Shown: one piece after another, positions 47,501 through 60,000 of the stretch
How positions within the stretch are numbered: the stretch's first letter is position 1
Layout: every line of letters starts with the position of its first letter
Assembly: GCA_051294905.1 (NCBI GenBank)
Contig: CM119372.1
Location: 24,988,001 to 25,048,000, forward strand
Reading direction: 5' to 3'
DNA length: 60,000 nt
Source: Botryllus schlosseri
Taxonomy: Eukaryota
Notes under the pieces: model-generated
What the model was told of the DNA's origin: nothing
What the model saw: the letters and a program-made list of their open reading frames with translations, nothing else
The model's database searches: none
Made by a program: the position numbers and the translations under genes

Positions 47501-50500
47501 GGTGGGAATGACTTTCGATCTCGCCTCATGTATGGTGTCGACAACGGTGGTCAAAATAGCTTTGCTTTGCTAGTCACGTAGAAGTAGAAGTAACGACTTG
47601 AATTTCCGCTCAATTCAAAGAAGTTTTCATTTCCAACACATTTCAAAACATTGCAAGTCGAAGTAGGAAATAAGACGTCAGAAGTATTCTATATATACTT
47701 TTTACATTGGTGGTATCTAAATTCAAAATTAGAATTCAAAATTAGAAAACTATATTGAGCACTTCGAAAAAGTAGAAGTACTTTGTTACTGGCCACCTCT
47801 GGGTGTTGAATAGATTTTGTTTGTTGTATTTGACGTGTTATTGATTATTACGATTATTTCTTAACCAGATGTGGCGTGCAATAATCTACTAAGTGTTGCC
47901 TATTTTGACCTGAGGTATCATGTGTGGGTGTGCCTATTTTAAACTGCATGACTTGTGACTACTCTGTCCAAGTTTGCAGTCAGGCGGAAGACCTAGTTTT
48001 GTGGTTCCTAATATTCACTAACCCGTGCAGGGCGCTAATCTGCGAGCCTTTGCGGAACCAACCTACAATTTTTGCAGAGGCATAAAAACAGAACTCTACC
48101 ACATTTACCTGACTAACTATACATCAAATACGTTACTATATCTTACTGGTGCAGAAAATGAACTGTGCATCAACAGCGTGTTGAAAGAACGAAACCAATT
48201 AAATATGATTTTTAAACAATTGGAAATTATTGTCACTTCTGCTGTTGCCATTCCGATTCCAGTTCAGTAATGAGAGGCTTCACCTTGGAAACTGTCATCG
48301 TATTGTTCGGTCGAAACGCAACAGCGTGATACTAATTGCTCAATTGCAAAAGAGCTAATAAATAATGGAGACAGAATAGGGATTTCAGAAGGTCGGGGTT
48401 TCGATTTGGAGTCCCAACCTCTCCTGCTTACGCCGCTGCACACCACGCACCGCCACAGCGAGCACAATTCAGCTACTGATCACGCCTAATTGCCCGCAAC
48501 AAATGTTGGCCAAGACGGGTGTATCATCACAAATCATATGTATGAGTTGAATGAGTGTATTGATCTCCAGGGAACCTCTGAGACTGACTCCTGGAACCCC
48601 TAGTGTTCCGGGGAACACCGGTTAAGAACCACCGTATTAGAGATATTTTGCGATAGGAGAAAGTTATTTTAGATCTTCATACTTCCATTTGCCAAATTGA
48701 TACAAATTATTACCGTTCCAGGGAAGTTACAAGTTCCTGGAGCTGCTTCATCACAGAGGCGCCAGTCTGCACATGAAGGATAACGACGGACAAACTCCAC
48801 TACATCTCGTTACTAGAAACCGGACGCCGAAATGTTTGGAGTTCTTATTGAGAAATCTCGGGCCCGGAATGGTTGACGTGCCTGATAATCAAATGGTAAG
48901 GATCCGTTTCATCTGCATTGCTGGAAAGGAATTATTACCCATGACGGGTTTCTGTAATTGCATTTTTCGATAGATTTCAATGAAATCACAGCAACCACTC
49001 GGAGATGTGTCTCCTCTATTGTATCTAGTCAAAACATCATGTGATTAAACTTCATGGCTGTAGTAACTGGCATTGCTTTTTAGGTATGAATCAGTGCACA
49101 CCCAGCAGTTTATAATTTGAATGATCATTGTCTGCAGAAGAGAGTTGGATTATCCCAGTCTCAAGCAAAACTATTATATCCTATTCTTTCATGATTTTCT
49201 CTTCTTTTTCGAGATTGTTCTTTTGTAACGAATGATTTTTTCTAGAATCCCACAATGCTTGATGCACACTTGATATAGCTACAATTTTGTTTCTGAAAGT
49301 TAATAAATAAAACCTGAATGACACTAGAGTTGATCTTACTTTCAAAACTTTCTGAATGACGGTATATCAATTTGAAATTGCATTGAAGAATGTCAAGTTT
49401 TTTTTTTAGTTATTTTCAAAAATATTTGTTTGAAATGTAATGAAAGGTTCATCTTATATCACAATTCCATCTCGTAGCACTCGGTTAATTAGCGCGCTGT
49501 GTTACAGAGAACAGCACTTCACTGGGCCGCCGCATTTAACAACACGGAATGTGTGAATCTCCTTATCAAATACGGAATCAATATTGCTCTCACCGACGCG
49601 GAATGTAAAACGCCTCTGCACTGGGCCGCAAATAATCATGACCCCCCAACCGTGCATACAATGGCTGCTCTCTTGGTTGGTATATTTTCTTTACATTAAA
49701 TTACTCTTTGCCGTTCTTTCTACACATTTTTCCTCACCATGTTGAAATTTGCTATTTCCCATTCCCGAAGAAAATGAGATTCTGGTATCGCAAAAAGGTT
49801 ATTTTGATATGGTAAGGGTTGCTACAAATTATATTTAAACATTTGACGTAGTGGGTGAACCCACAAACGTTATTTGTTGCTTTTGTTGTTCATGTAACAA
49901 TGATATTTAATTTAATGGGACATTCCTCAAATTCTCCAGTGTATGTTTGAAATGCATTTAGGTACCAAGATACATAGACAGGCCGGATATCAAGTTCAAT
50001 TTTATTCACTATGTTGTCATGATTTATGTACGTATGAATCCCTTCCGCTCCAAAAGTTTTCTACTCTTTCTATTCTTAACTCTTTTGCTTTTCTTTCGCT
50101 TTAGCACCTGATAGAAGAGTGATGCCCGAAACGCTTGTGTGTCGAGTAAAATTATTGAAATGAATGTAGACGTTAAGCAAGGTGTGACAAGCTATCGAGA
50201 ATTCAATTACCTCTATCTCGTCTGCTATTGGCTCTACAAAGGAATCAATGTAGATAATAAGTTTTGTTTAGTGATAAATTTATGATCCTCGACAATGATA
50301 CATATTTCATCACGAACAATCAGAAAAAATGATAGTGTGTTGCTTTTTTGTTCTACAGTTATTACGGTGAGATTTTTTGCTGAAATCTTATGTTTCAATA
50401 GCCTCAAGAGTGGCAACGATTTTCTTGATACTCAATGAAACCGGGCTGATCAATATACGCCATGATCTTACTGTAGCTTAGCGTGTTTGTGATGATAATG

Positions 50501-53500
50501 GTAGTAGGACAATGCACTCATACCTTTAGTATACTCTATGAGGGGTAAGTCAAGTGTCTCTTGACTTTTAGAGATAAATAAGGATGTACTTGACTGCTAT
50601 GTACAGTTGGCAATTGTAATTTTGAGCATGAATAATTTTGCTACCCGAAAGTTGAGGGAATAATCATTAAGTCAATAGTACATATTCTACATAACGCAAC
50701 ACATCACAATGGGAACTATTGTAATAAGTCATTCTACTCAATTCCAGGCTGGTTTTGAAATTTGTTGCATCAGCAATGTTTATGTGATAGGATTGCTGCA
50801 AAAATGTTGTGAAAAAATGATGTTCAAATCGAGGATCCACTCTACTGGTTTTAATAGGAATGAGAATAAATAGTAACTGTCTTGAATTGTTATTAATGTA
50901 TCGTAGATGGGTATGGATGGAGTTGATGAAATTAATCAATTGTAAGAGTGATGAATTATAGTCGAACTAACTAAGGAACAAGTCCCTCGGATGAATGTTG
51001 AGATGTCACAAGTTCTGTCTTGAATCGATTCACCTTTTGTGCATCAATTGACCGTGCTCGAATCACTGCCCTGTGCTAACTTGACTTCACATGGACTCGA
51101 GGTATAAAAAATATGAAATGACTTGTGACAAATTTGTGACTTTGAGTCATCCAATATTTTACTTTGCAAAGCCACCTGCTCAATGCTAATCCTTTGTTTA
51201 TATAATAAATTTCGTTTACATTTTCGACGTGGTCAGTTCCATCAGCAGTCAACTCGCATACATAACTTCTACAATCTACATACCCTAACGTAGGGTTAAC
51301 GTACCATATTTTGGAATCGGGAAAGGAATATACTTTTACCAAATCCTAACAGTTTGTTGATCCAAACTGAAAACAGCTGATTTTGCAATATTTACTGGAA
51401 ATCATGTTGAGTTGACTAAAATAAAGGTCATCAACTAGGGCAAGTTTTTGTTGCAGTTAAATCCGTGGAAAGTTGCATTTATTTATTTATTTATTTTTGA
51501 AAAAAGTTGCAAAAGTTGACAACATTTTCCGGCTCAGGTCCCGAAATACCCGTAAAATCGTTACTTCGGTGCTGTTTTACGGTGTTTCTGTCGAATTTGA
51601 CCGTGTATTTCACCAAAATCGAAAATACTTTCATGAAAAATCGAAAAAGTTGCAAAATGCTGCAGAAAGTTGCATGAAAAAAATGGACAAAAGTTGCAAA
51701 AAGTTGCCCTATAAGATTCCTTCAAACAGCTTCAAGCAGCATTCTACATATCTTACGAGTATTTAGGAAGCTGCCGGAAGCTGTAAAAAAAAGTTGCAAA
51801 AGTTGCAAAAACTTGCCCTTGACTCATCACATTTATTCGACTCCTGAATGACCCGCTCAAACGTCCGTATTATTTATTTCACGTCATTTACACCGATTTT
51901 TGGTTGAACCTGTCCATTATCCTGGCTGTAAAAGATGTAGCCTAAAGGAGGACATTTTCGAAAACCTGAAAAAGGAGGATGTACGTATGGTATGGTGACC
52001 CTACCTAACACATTGGTGTTGACTGCAATCACTGGGTATCGAAATTGATTCCCAATCTGAAAATTTAAGATCTCTTGTCTCGAGTAACTTCGAAAATTTG
52101 ACTTGGACTGACTCTGCTCGAAAATTACAATTGTAAATCGAAATGACTTGGGAGATTGAGATCTCTCCTAATCTCAACGTCGGGCAATAACTATGCTTCC
52201 GTGATACGCTGTCTGATTTTTCAACCGTTTCATACATTGTGTCGTCACCGCTAATTTATGATATCCAATGTTGGCCGTGTCTCGTTTATGCACGTCTCTC
52301 TCATTAGGAAAAGTCTCCTTCGGTACTGAACTGGCAAGATAGCGACGGGCGTACCGCTCTCCATTACGCCGTTGCTCACGGCAACAGCGTGGCTGTCAAA
52401 TTTCTTGTAGACTTCCGCGCCGAAGAGTTTTCCGAGATGTTCGAATGTGATCTAGACAGATCGGACTTTGCTCACAGAACGCCGTTGCATTGGGCCGCTC
52501 AACTCGGTAGGTGAGGGTGTCTGCGTGGTTTTATGGTTGCTTGAAATCGTGTTTTTGTTGCTGCAGGTCACATACAAGTGGTGGAGATTTTGTTGAAAGG
52601 AAATGCGAAAATATCTTCGTCCGATGGGCATGGAGCGACACCGTTTCTGTATGCTGCGATCACAGATAAAAATGTAATTAACACAGATTAGTGCTAGGAT
52701 GCTATCATATGTTTTATGGTAGCGCCCCACTGCCCTGAACTATTTTTCAAATGAAAGACCAGACATGGTCAAAGTAGTTGTCTTTGGTACTCAATTACTA
52801 CAATTACTCAAGTATTATTAATGATTTCCTAGTACCGTAATTTTCCAAGTAACGTACGCCCTCATGTATAATTCGCACCCTCAAAATGGCGTGTAAATTT
52901 GGGGAAAAAGCCTGTGCCCATGTATAGTACGCACCCTGGATTCGTAGTGCACGAATAGCTGTGTTTTATTTGCGATGTCACTGCTCAACAATCATGACAT
53001 AACGATCGCTAATCATCATGCAATTACCGGCATTGTCTCTAAACAACAGTAGATAGCAGCCGAAGCCTGCGAGGCTGGCGACGCGATAGTTCAGGCCAGC
53101 GACACGACATCTTGCGCAAGAGGCCTATTACAGATGCAATTGCTCAGGCTAACGGTTATGTCATGTGCACCAGGTCTGTTGGAGAAGCGACTGATTACGC
53201 AAGTGATTATATCTTGCGCCCATGGCCTGTCGTATATGCGATTGTTCAGACCTGTCGTTGACGAGATGAATTAGCGAGGATTGGCGTGCACTGTGCAGCA
53301 ATCAATGACCTAATTTCCCGATAATTGGCAACACGTGTTACACCGATAATATGAATTACTGGGCACAATGTCTGAATGTGATGCGCGATTGGAAACAAAC
53401 ATGAAGAAAGGCGTGATTTCAAGTTTTTTATCGAGGGAGATTTTTTTAATGCTTGTTGTACCCATGTATAATACGCACCCCCCTATTTTAGGGCAAAAAA

Positions 53501-56500
53501 TCGGTAAAATTATTCGCATTATACATGGAAAGTCACGGTAAGTAAAAAAGTAGCACTCTAGGTCTAATTTTGAAAGCTTGAGTAGATGAAGTCTGATATC
53601 ATAACCACTAAGTCAGCAGTAGGCATAAGTAAGAAGGCAAAACCTTCATGAGTACTCGGAAAAAGTAGGTATACTTGTTATTGACCACCTGGCTGGTAAA
53701 TACTGGAATAAATTTCAAAGCTACGGTTTCATTCTAGTGGAACTAGTTTTATTTTAAGTACGATATCGCGATTCCTATTTCTAGTTCTCGGGTATCGATC
53801 ATGACAATTTTGGCATGGGAAATTATCCAATGAAAGAATATCATTTGTCAACAATTCTCACAGAAGGCCGTTGTCGAAGCTATGATCGCTCACGACCCCA
53901 AAGTAACGGAACAGGCCGATATCGAAGGCAGGAACGCATTGATGTGGGCGGCCGGCAGAGGAGCGAACGCAGTGATAAGGACCTTGCTCGGAATTCGGAA
54001 ACCGACATCCAAAGACGATCCGGAGGGAAGCAAAACGAATGGAATCTCGGAAGTTGATGAGACTGAGAGAATACTGGATTTTAGTCCGATGGACGTCAAC
54101 AAGCTGGATAATAAAGGGAACACAGGTTAGAATCCAGGGCAATGGTATGGCATGTAATGGGAAATTTCCATATTCCGTACTCACCTCACTCGTTCCATAT
54201 CATACTCTTCCACACTATTCTTCCATACCATATTTGATACATTTTCCATACTTTCTCAGTTGCGCAATATCTCGGATACTATTCTATTTTCGACTTCTTT
54301 GTACCATATTTCAGCGATGTAGTTTGCCTTTCTGCCCTGATTATTCAGAATTTCACGCCGGTGATGTCATATTTTGTGATACGAATGTCGATACACAATG
54401 TTCTTTCCAATTATCTATTAGTTGCTCAGTTACCAATGATGGGTGTCAGCCGTAAATATTCGGGTTCATTCCATTATGAATAATACTATAATACTATTAA
54501 ATTGCATATGATATGATTGTGAAGCATTGAGGAATACCCCGGATTTTCAGCATTGCACGCTGCAGCAAGGAATGGCCACGGGGATTCAGTCGAGATTCTG
54601 TTAAAACACGGAGCCAAGCACGAAATCGCCAACACAGAGTCCCACCACACTCCAATTTTCGGTGCTTGCGAAAAGGTATTTCTTGCTTTTTCAGTCGCGT
54701 TCAAAAGTCTTTGTGGTTGGCTGGTTGCACACTGCACAGTCCAAATTAGTCTGAAATATTGATTAATGAAATCGAGGATTTAATCGGATTTGTGACACCC
54801 AACTGTAACCCTTCTAATAATCCTGTGTGAACTGAATTTTCAGGGTATTGAATGAAGTTGGTCAAATTACCACTCAATGAATGTTAAATTACCCCGTTCA
54901 GGGTGATTATCTGAGTTCGTCAAAGTATTCAATGTTACTACTCAATTAGATATAGAAGTATCAATTTCCAAAACTCCTTCAAGTGGTAATAGTAAATGAC
55001 AGGTCTGGTGACTACTCCAATGAGTTTTGTAGTAGTTTTGATTACAGGGTCGTATACTTTTAACAGTTAATCGGAATTGACTACTTCTGAATATGTATAG
55101 TTGCGACTAATGAACACTAAAGAAATAAGGTACAATCTTCAAAAATATATTCAATTACCGTAATGCAGAACTATTTCACATGTTTTTATGACAATTTCAC
55201 TCAGAAGAGTAATGCAAACTTGTCCCAAAATTGCTTTTCACTTTTCGAATCCAAGAAGTAAAATCTAAGTAGTTTCATATAAAAACTGTTTAACTAGAAA
55301 TGGAAATAGTCTATAAACACAACCTATGCAGAAGCTACTTTTGTACTCTGTGATAACTCATCCGTTCAAGATTGATGCGGAACAATCAAAGGCCATAAAT
55401 TCTGCAATTGGCAAACACCTGTCGGATAATCCCGCCTGTGCGAAAAATTGTCGAGACGACAGATTTCGCATACTCGGAAAGGGTCGTTCACACTTTCATT
55501 TGTGTGCCTTGGAGTCGACTTTTATCAAAATACACCAGCCAAGGCTGTATCAACAAAAAGAGTTCGTGTATCGTCTAAAAATAGTACATTGAGCGCTCTC
55601 GTATTCGACATTTCATGCTGGTGACGTCATATTTTGTGCTACGATTGTTGATATACGATGTTCTTTTGAATTCGCTACTAGTTGCTGACGATTCCCCCTG
55701 ACAAGTGTCAGCCGAAAATATTCGGACTCATTTCAATATGAGTATACTATTCAATTGTATACTGAAGTTCTGTACCTCCAAGAAGCTGAGTAGAAGTACT
55801 CCGTTACTGACCATTTCTGTTGGTGACCGCTTTGCCTGAGATTGGTTTGAAATCATTTAGTGTCCTAATTTCGTTCTTATCATATTGTAAAACTGGTTCA
55901 GTGCAGTCACTTGGTTAGGTTCCAACGGAACCGGCTTCCTTTATCAGTCTTTGAGTGACCAATTATCTCGGCGTCATGTACAGGGTCACGTGAACTGTGT
56001 CACATATCTTTTGGACTACAAAGCCAGCGTTCGAATCATTGATTCCTACAACAGAGCGCCATTGCACTGGGCCGCTTTAGGCGGACATGCGGAAGTATGC
56101 GATCTACTATTACAAGAGGGTGAGTTTCGTCAGCTACTTCCACGCAGTAGCAGTAGAAAATGAATACGTGAAAAAATAACTTGATGGTTAGTTTCAAAAT
56201 ATAGATTTGCTAGAGGGGTCACATAGTTTTAGCGGTGACTATTTTCAGAATAGAACACATTTTCTCGACTAATGGAAAATGACTAATATGACTCGACAAA
56301 TAGGTTCAATTTCCGAATATATATTCAGTTCCTGTCGCAGAGGGACTGGTTCGCCCAGTTAATAAGATTATTTTACTCAAAACAAGTGATGTATGCATAT
56401 CCTAAAACTGCATTCTACAAAATCCCAGTTGTAAAAAGTCAGTAGCTTTGCCTTAGAAACTGCCGTGTAGAAGTGGAAGTGTTCTAAGCCCCAGCACCCC

Positions 56501-59500
56501 CCTAATACCCAATACCTAACGGCAATATATTATGTGCATACGAAACGATGACCGACGTCTCAGTTTATTCAGGCCGCAAAATGCAATGTACGTATAATTT
56601 TGTTCTGCAGGACTAGATGTTGACATGAGGGATAAATTGGAGCGTACTCCTCTCCACTGTGCAGCGATTAGCGGCTTCATCAACTGCATGAATCTTTTGT
56701 TGGAGAACGGCGCAAACGTTGACGTACAAGACCAAGCGGTATGGTTTGGTCTGTTTTTTTTTATCTTCCAGCAATTGGTGCTTACTGGGCAACTTCCTAT
56801 GTCAGGGACACTCTGCGTTACACTGGGCAGCACAGTCTGGCAATTTAGACGCAATCAAATTGCTGTTTCAACACTCGGTTTTTCCTAATCCCATGGAGTA
56901 CACTGAGGAGCGTCTCACGCCGCTTGATTACGCTTTGCAAAAAGAAAATGAAGACGTCATGCATTATCTTATTGAACAAGGTGTGTGCTACTATCAGTTT
57001 TTCGATTCTTCCCACCATATCAGAAGATGGTGTGCTGTTATCGCCGCAAGGGTGTTGGCACGAGTTAATGTCATAACACTGCAGTTTCATTCTTTCAACA
57101 GTAAAGTAGTCACTGATGTTGCTTGGACGATGTAAGCGATAAAATTCATAAAATAAAGTTTACACATGTTATGAAAATTCTACTTCAATCACAATTTGAC
57201 CCAACCAGAGTTAATCCAACTAGTCAATGTTAGTACTCCGTAGTAGTAGAAGTAATGCCGTAGATTTCTGCAACAAGTAGAAGTATAAACTCCAAAACAT
57301 TTCAAATTAGGCTGCTTCAGATGGAAGTGTGAAATGAAGGCTTTAAAAGTATACAAATAAAAGTAGATTTGGTGGATTTGGAGCAGTACTTTATAAATTG
57401 AAGGGTGCATCCTCTCGACTAACGAATCTTGTGTAATCTCTTACGCCATTTCACTGCAATTAGGGTACTCAACCTTCTTGAAGGCACCAAACCCAGCAAT
57501 TACCGTACATGAATTTATTGAACCTTTTGCACCAGAGTAGGCCACACTCCTAGTCTAGTCCAGCTTAGGTCTGTGGTCTAAGCCCGGAAACATTGCATAC
57601 CCTCATTGTCAGAGGCGCTGTCCGCCGAGCATATCAGGAACATAGCGGCGATGCGGATTCAGGCGTACTTTCGCGGTTATAAAGTTCGGCGAACGAAAAA
57701 TATCCTGATGAGGACTCTGGCGCTGCGAAAGGAAAAACGCAAACAGAATGAAGAAAAGGAAAAGTACGATTTTCATCTGTCATCCGTTGTAGAATATTTT
57801 TCGTTTCTTACTTATCATCTCATATTAACTTTTTTTTCTTCAAAATTAACATTCCATTCAAGAGGTAAGGGGAAATTTAGATATATTATACAATATATTA
57901 TAGAAATATATTGCAAAATGGCAATAGGAATGGAGAAATGAATGGATAGTCTAGTAAATCTTGTAATGTGATGAAGCTATACCAGAACCATAATGCATTG
58001 TCCTTATGGTAATCATACGATGTCCTTGTAGATCTGCGGCCATCAAGATTCAAGCTTATTACCGAGGGTATCGGGATAGAAAGAATATCGCTTCTTTCAA
58101 GAGATCAGCCTTGAAACATCCTGCTACTGCCATTCTGGACCGGGATGTAGAAGATGATATCCAAAAAAGCGATGCTAATGGTCCTGCTAAAGACGGTCCC
58201 GATTCTGAACCAGAAAGTATCGACAAATCTAGAGGCGAAGATAACAAGAAGGATGAAGAAAGTGATAAATCAATAGCGGAGTACGTTTTTGTCAAACCTT
58301 TGCTATGTGTTGAGGTGGTCATTAATGAAGTACATAAACTTTTTCAGAGTGTTCATGTCCATTTTGTCCGCTTTCATTACTTCCTGAGGTGGTTATGTAT
58401 TCAAATTACTTCCACTTCTACTTGAAAAGTTTTTAGGCAACTTTCTACACTTTACCTTTTAAAAAGTAGAATTTGCATCAATTTTGAGTAAATTTGACAT
58501 TAAAGCCGCATGAAATCTGTAGTTTTTCCTTTTAAACCTTGAAGTAGAATTGGAAGTCGCTATAAAACATATCCACTTAACTAAGTATTGTGAATAGGCC
58601 AAAACCACATCACTACACAGTAAAAAAGTAGAAATACTCAGTTGCTGACCACCTTTGAAATTAGGCTTTATGTAGACTTGAAAGTAAATTATGTGACTTC
58701 GGCAAGACACTCTTCCATATATTTGAGTATCTGTGCACAAAATTTAGTTTCCGTTTCCGATCAGATTATCAATAATGCCGGTTGTATTTTCTTCTTTTAG
58801 GAATGGAATTAATACGTTCGAAGTTGACAGTGGTTCCCATTCGCCAGAGCACGAGCCAGACTCAGTGGTTCAGGACCAGGACATGCAAGACTTGAATATT
58901 TTCTCCAACGACGAAGGTGTCATTTGCGATCAGGCATCGACAACGTCGTCACATTCGACGATTAGTTACCCGAGAAACGGTAAAGATCTTGTAACCAGCG
59001 CCACATCGCCGCAGTCACAGGACAGTCGACATAGAACAGACGCATCGTCTCGGAGTCAAATTAAAAATAAGGAAGACCGTATTTCTAGCTCAGGTGTGTT
59101 TTCTGTTATTGTGTAATTTTTGTCTGCTGTTGTTACACGAGAATTCATTGTAAGTAAGAGTTTCTTTAGCAGACAGCAGCAAATCATCGCAGTCCGACAA
59201 CCCGTCCGATGTCAACACGGTTCAGTCACCACCAATGTCAGAACAAACACCGGTTTCAGTCCCACGCGACGAAAAAGAGATGATAAGAAAGACCCAGCGA
59301 CGTAAAACAAAGAAAAACAGGTCGAAAATGGCGGCTCGACCTGGCCCACCAGACTCTGATTCGTCGAAAGACTACCCGGCTAACCCCCAGCCCGACGTGT
59401 TATCTAAAGTGTCTGGGACATCCGGCAGAGGTAGGACGAAGCTGATATCGCGGGCGCCGGCACGGAAATTTGACCCCACACCTCCTCCGAGACAGAAGGA

Positions 59501-59551
59501 GGGGGTAAAGACCAGAAGGAAACGTCTGCTCGTGCCAAAAAAAGATGAAAG
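41575..59551 (+). CDS. INVS: Inversin (ankyrin-repeat + IQ-motif protein), multi-exon, 3' incomplete
   Basis: Phase-consistent GT-AG exons: 41575-41724 and 42539-42605 (both less certain), 45137-45352, 46463-46629 (DNFGRTPLMYCVLADRLDCA, diagnostic of inversin), 48722-48895, 49508-49675, 52308-52506, 52567-52673, 53864-54125, 54551-54675, 55984-56119, 56611-56738, 56806-56980 (PNPMEYTEERLTPLDYAL), 57613-57763 (IQAYFRGYKVR), 58032-58280 (IQAYYRGYRDR), 58801-59093, 59170-59551; ends at a donor, so the gene continues. Confidence 0.92.
41930..42290 (-). mobile_element. tRNA-derived SINE (second family)
   Basis: Minus-strand head ..caagcaggcggctcgGGTTCGATTCCcgacgtcgg (B box); the body (gaacagataggaggatgccgaac..catccacctt..) recurs at ~26770-27050, ~38430-38590 and ~43010-43200. 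Confidence 0.6.
43600..44029. mobile_element. MITE, TAGGGTTACCATA-TIR family
   Basis: Ends tagggttaccata / tatggtacctaacccta; flanks tcatatac / tcgtatac (7/8); gtcctcttt subterminal repeats. Confidence 0.75.
51290..52003. mobile_element. TAGGGT-family MITE containing a nested aagttgca-family MITE (~51436-51820)
   Basis: Outer ends tagggttaacgtaccatatttt / tatggtgacccta; the inner segment matches 19214-19556. Confidence 0.6.
52835..53538. mobile_element. Tc1/mariner (pogo/Tigger-like) non-autonomous element
   Basis: TA-flanked imperfect TIRs ccgtaattttccaagta / tacatggaaagtcacgg; repeated catgtataa..cgcaccc motif. Confidence 0.65.
54340..54490 (+). mobile_element. Degenerate Penelope-like pseudo-LTR fragment
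   Basis: Aligns by eye with 13980-14125; hammerhead core destroyed. Confidence 0.6.
55355..55786 (+). mobile_element. Penelope-like retroelement 3' fragment (GIY-YIG C-terminus + pseudo-LTR)
   Basis: ORF ..[47 protein letters not shown], typical of PLE endonuclease C-termini; reverse complement of ~8360-8760; hammerhead core has CTGACAA (mutated) near 55698. Confidence 0.8.
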
Positions 59552-60000
59552 GTTATTTATTATGTATTTTGTGTCACATTTATGTGGTCCTGCCGGTTTC
59601 GGCGATAGCACAAATTCGTTTCCAGATGTCGTCAATAAACAATTACTTCTTTTTTATGTACTCGAGTAGGTATTGTCTGCTTGTACTACAACTGCTTGCA
59701 CTTAATTTTAACAAAAGTTGCAGTAAAAGGTTGTGTAAACTGTCCTGGAGAACACATAATTTAAAAATATACCAACAGTCAATCAACACTGCACTGTAAA
59801 AACATTTGTCTTAACCGACAACTAGAACTCTATCCTCCTTCAAACTGTCTCCGAAGCATTATTAAAATAAAAAGGCAAACCGAGACAGTAACAGCTCCCA
59901 TACTACACTATTACTACGCCCCTGAAATCGGGCCGCTGGTGGGACATCCCTGTCTTAGACTGTCATCTTGAAAGATATCAAGGTTATCGCTTCCAACTTC

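Noticed and set aside
2902..59551. Non-canonical splice sites or an alternative genetic code
   Set aside because: All introns I could model are GT-AG, and conserved proteins translate correctly with the standard code.

Overview
Eukaryotic (animal) genomic DNA, not prokaryotic. It contains spliceosomal GT-AG genes with many ~60-bp introns and other introns inflated by dense MITE/hAT/Penelope/SINE insertions. The architecture (short introns, single-exon housekeeping genes in tight tandem) is suggestive of an invertebrate chordate such as a tunicate, but that assignment is inference only. Gene order: (-) multi-exon BTB/POZ + ~10 C2H2 zinc-finger gene (~2.9-20.0 kb); a 5.6-kb foldback Mutator-like element with a perfect 9-bp TSD and a decayed SWIM-Ulp1-PHD cargo (20601-26249); three genes with intronless CDS, TMCO1 (+), EFR3 (+) and NUDT12 (-); a second ~6.3-kb foldback structure with 21/24-bp tandem arrays (~33986-40300); and a multi-exon inversin (INVS) gene (+) running off the right end. 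The most notable non-coding signal is a family of Penelope-like retroelement remnants, several carrying a complete minimal hammerhead-ribozyme core (CUGANGA..GAAA..UH), often as inverted pairs. All exon models and alignments were read by eye; no database searches were run.
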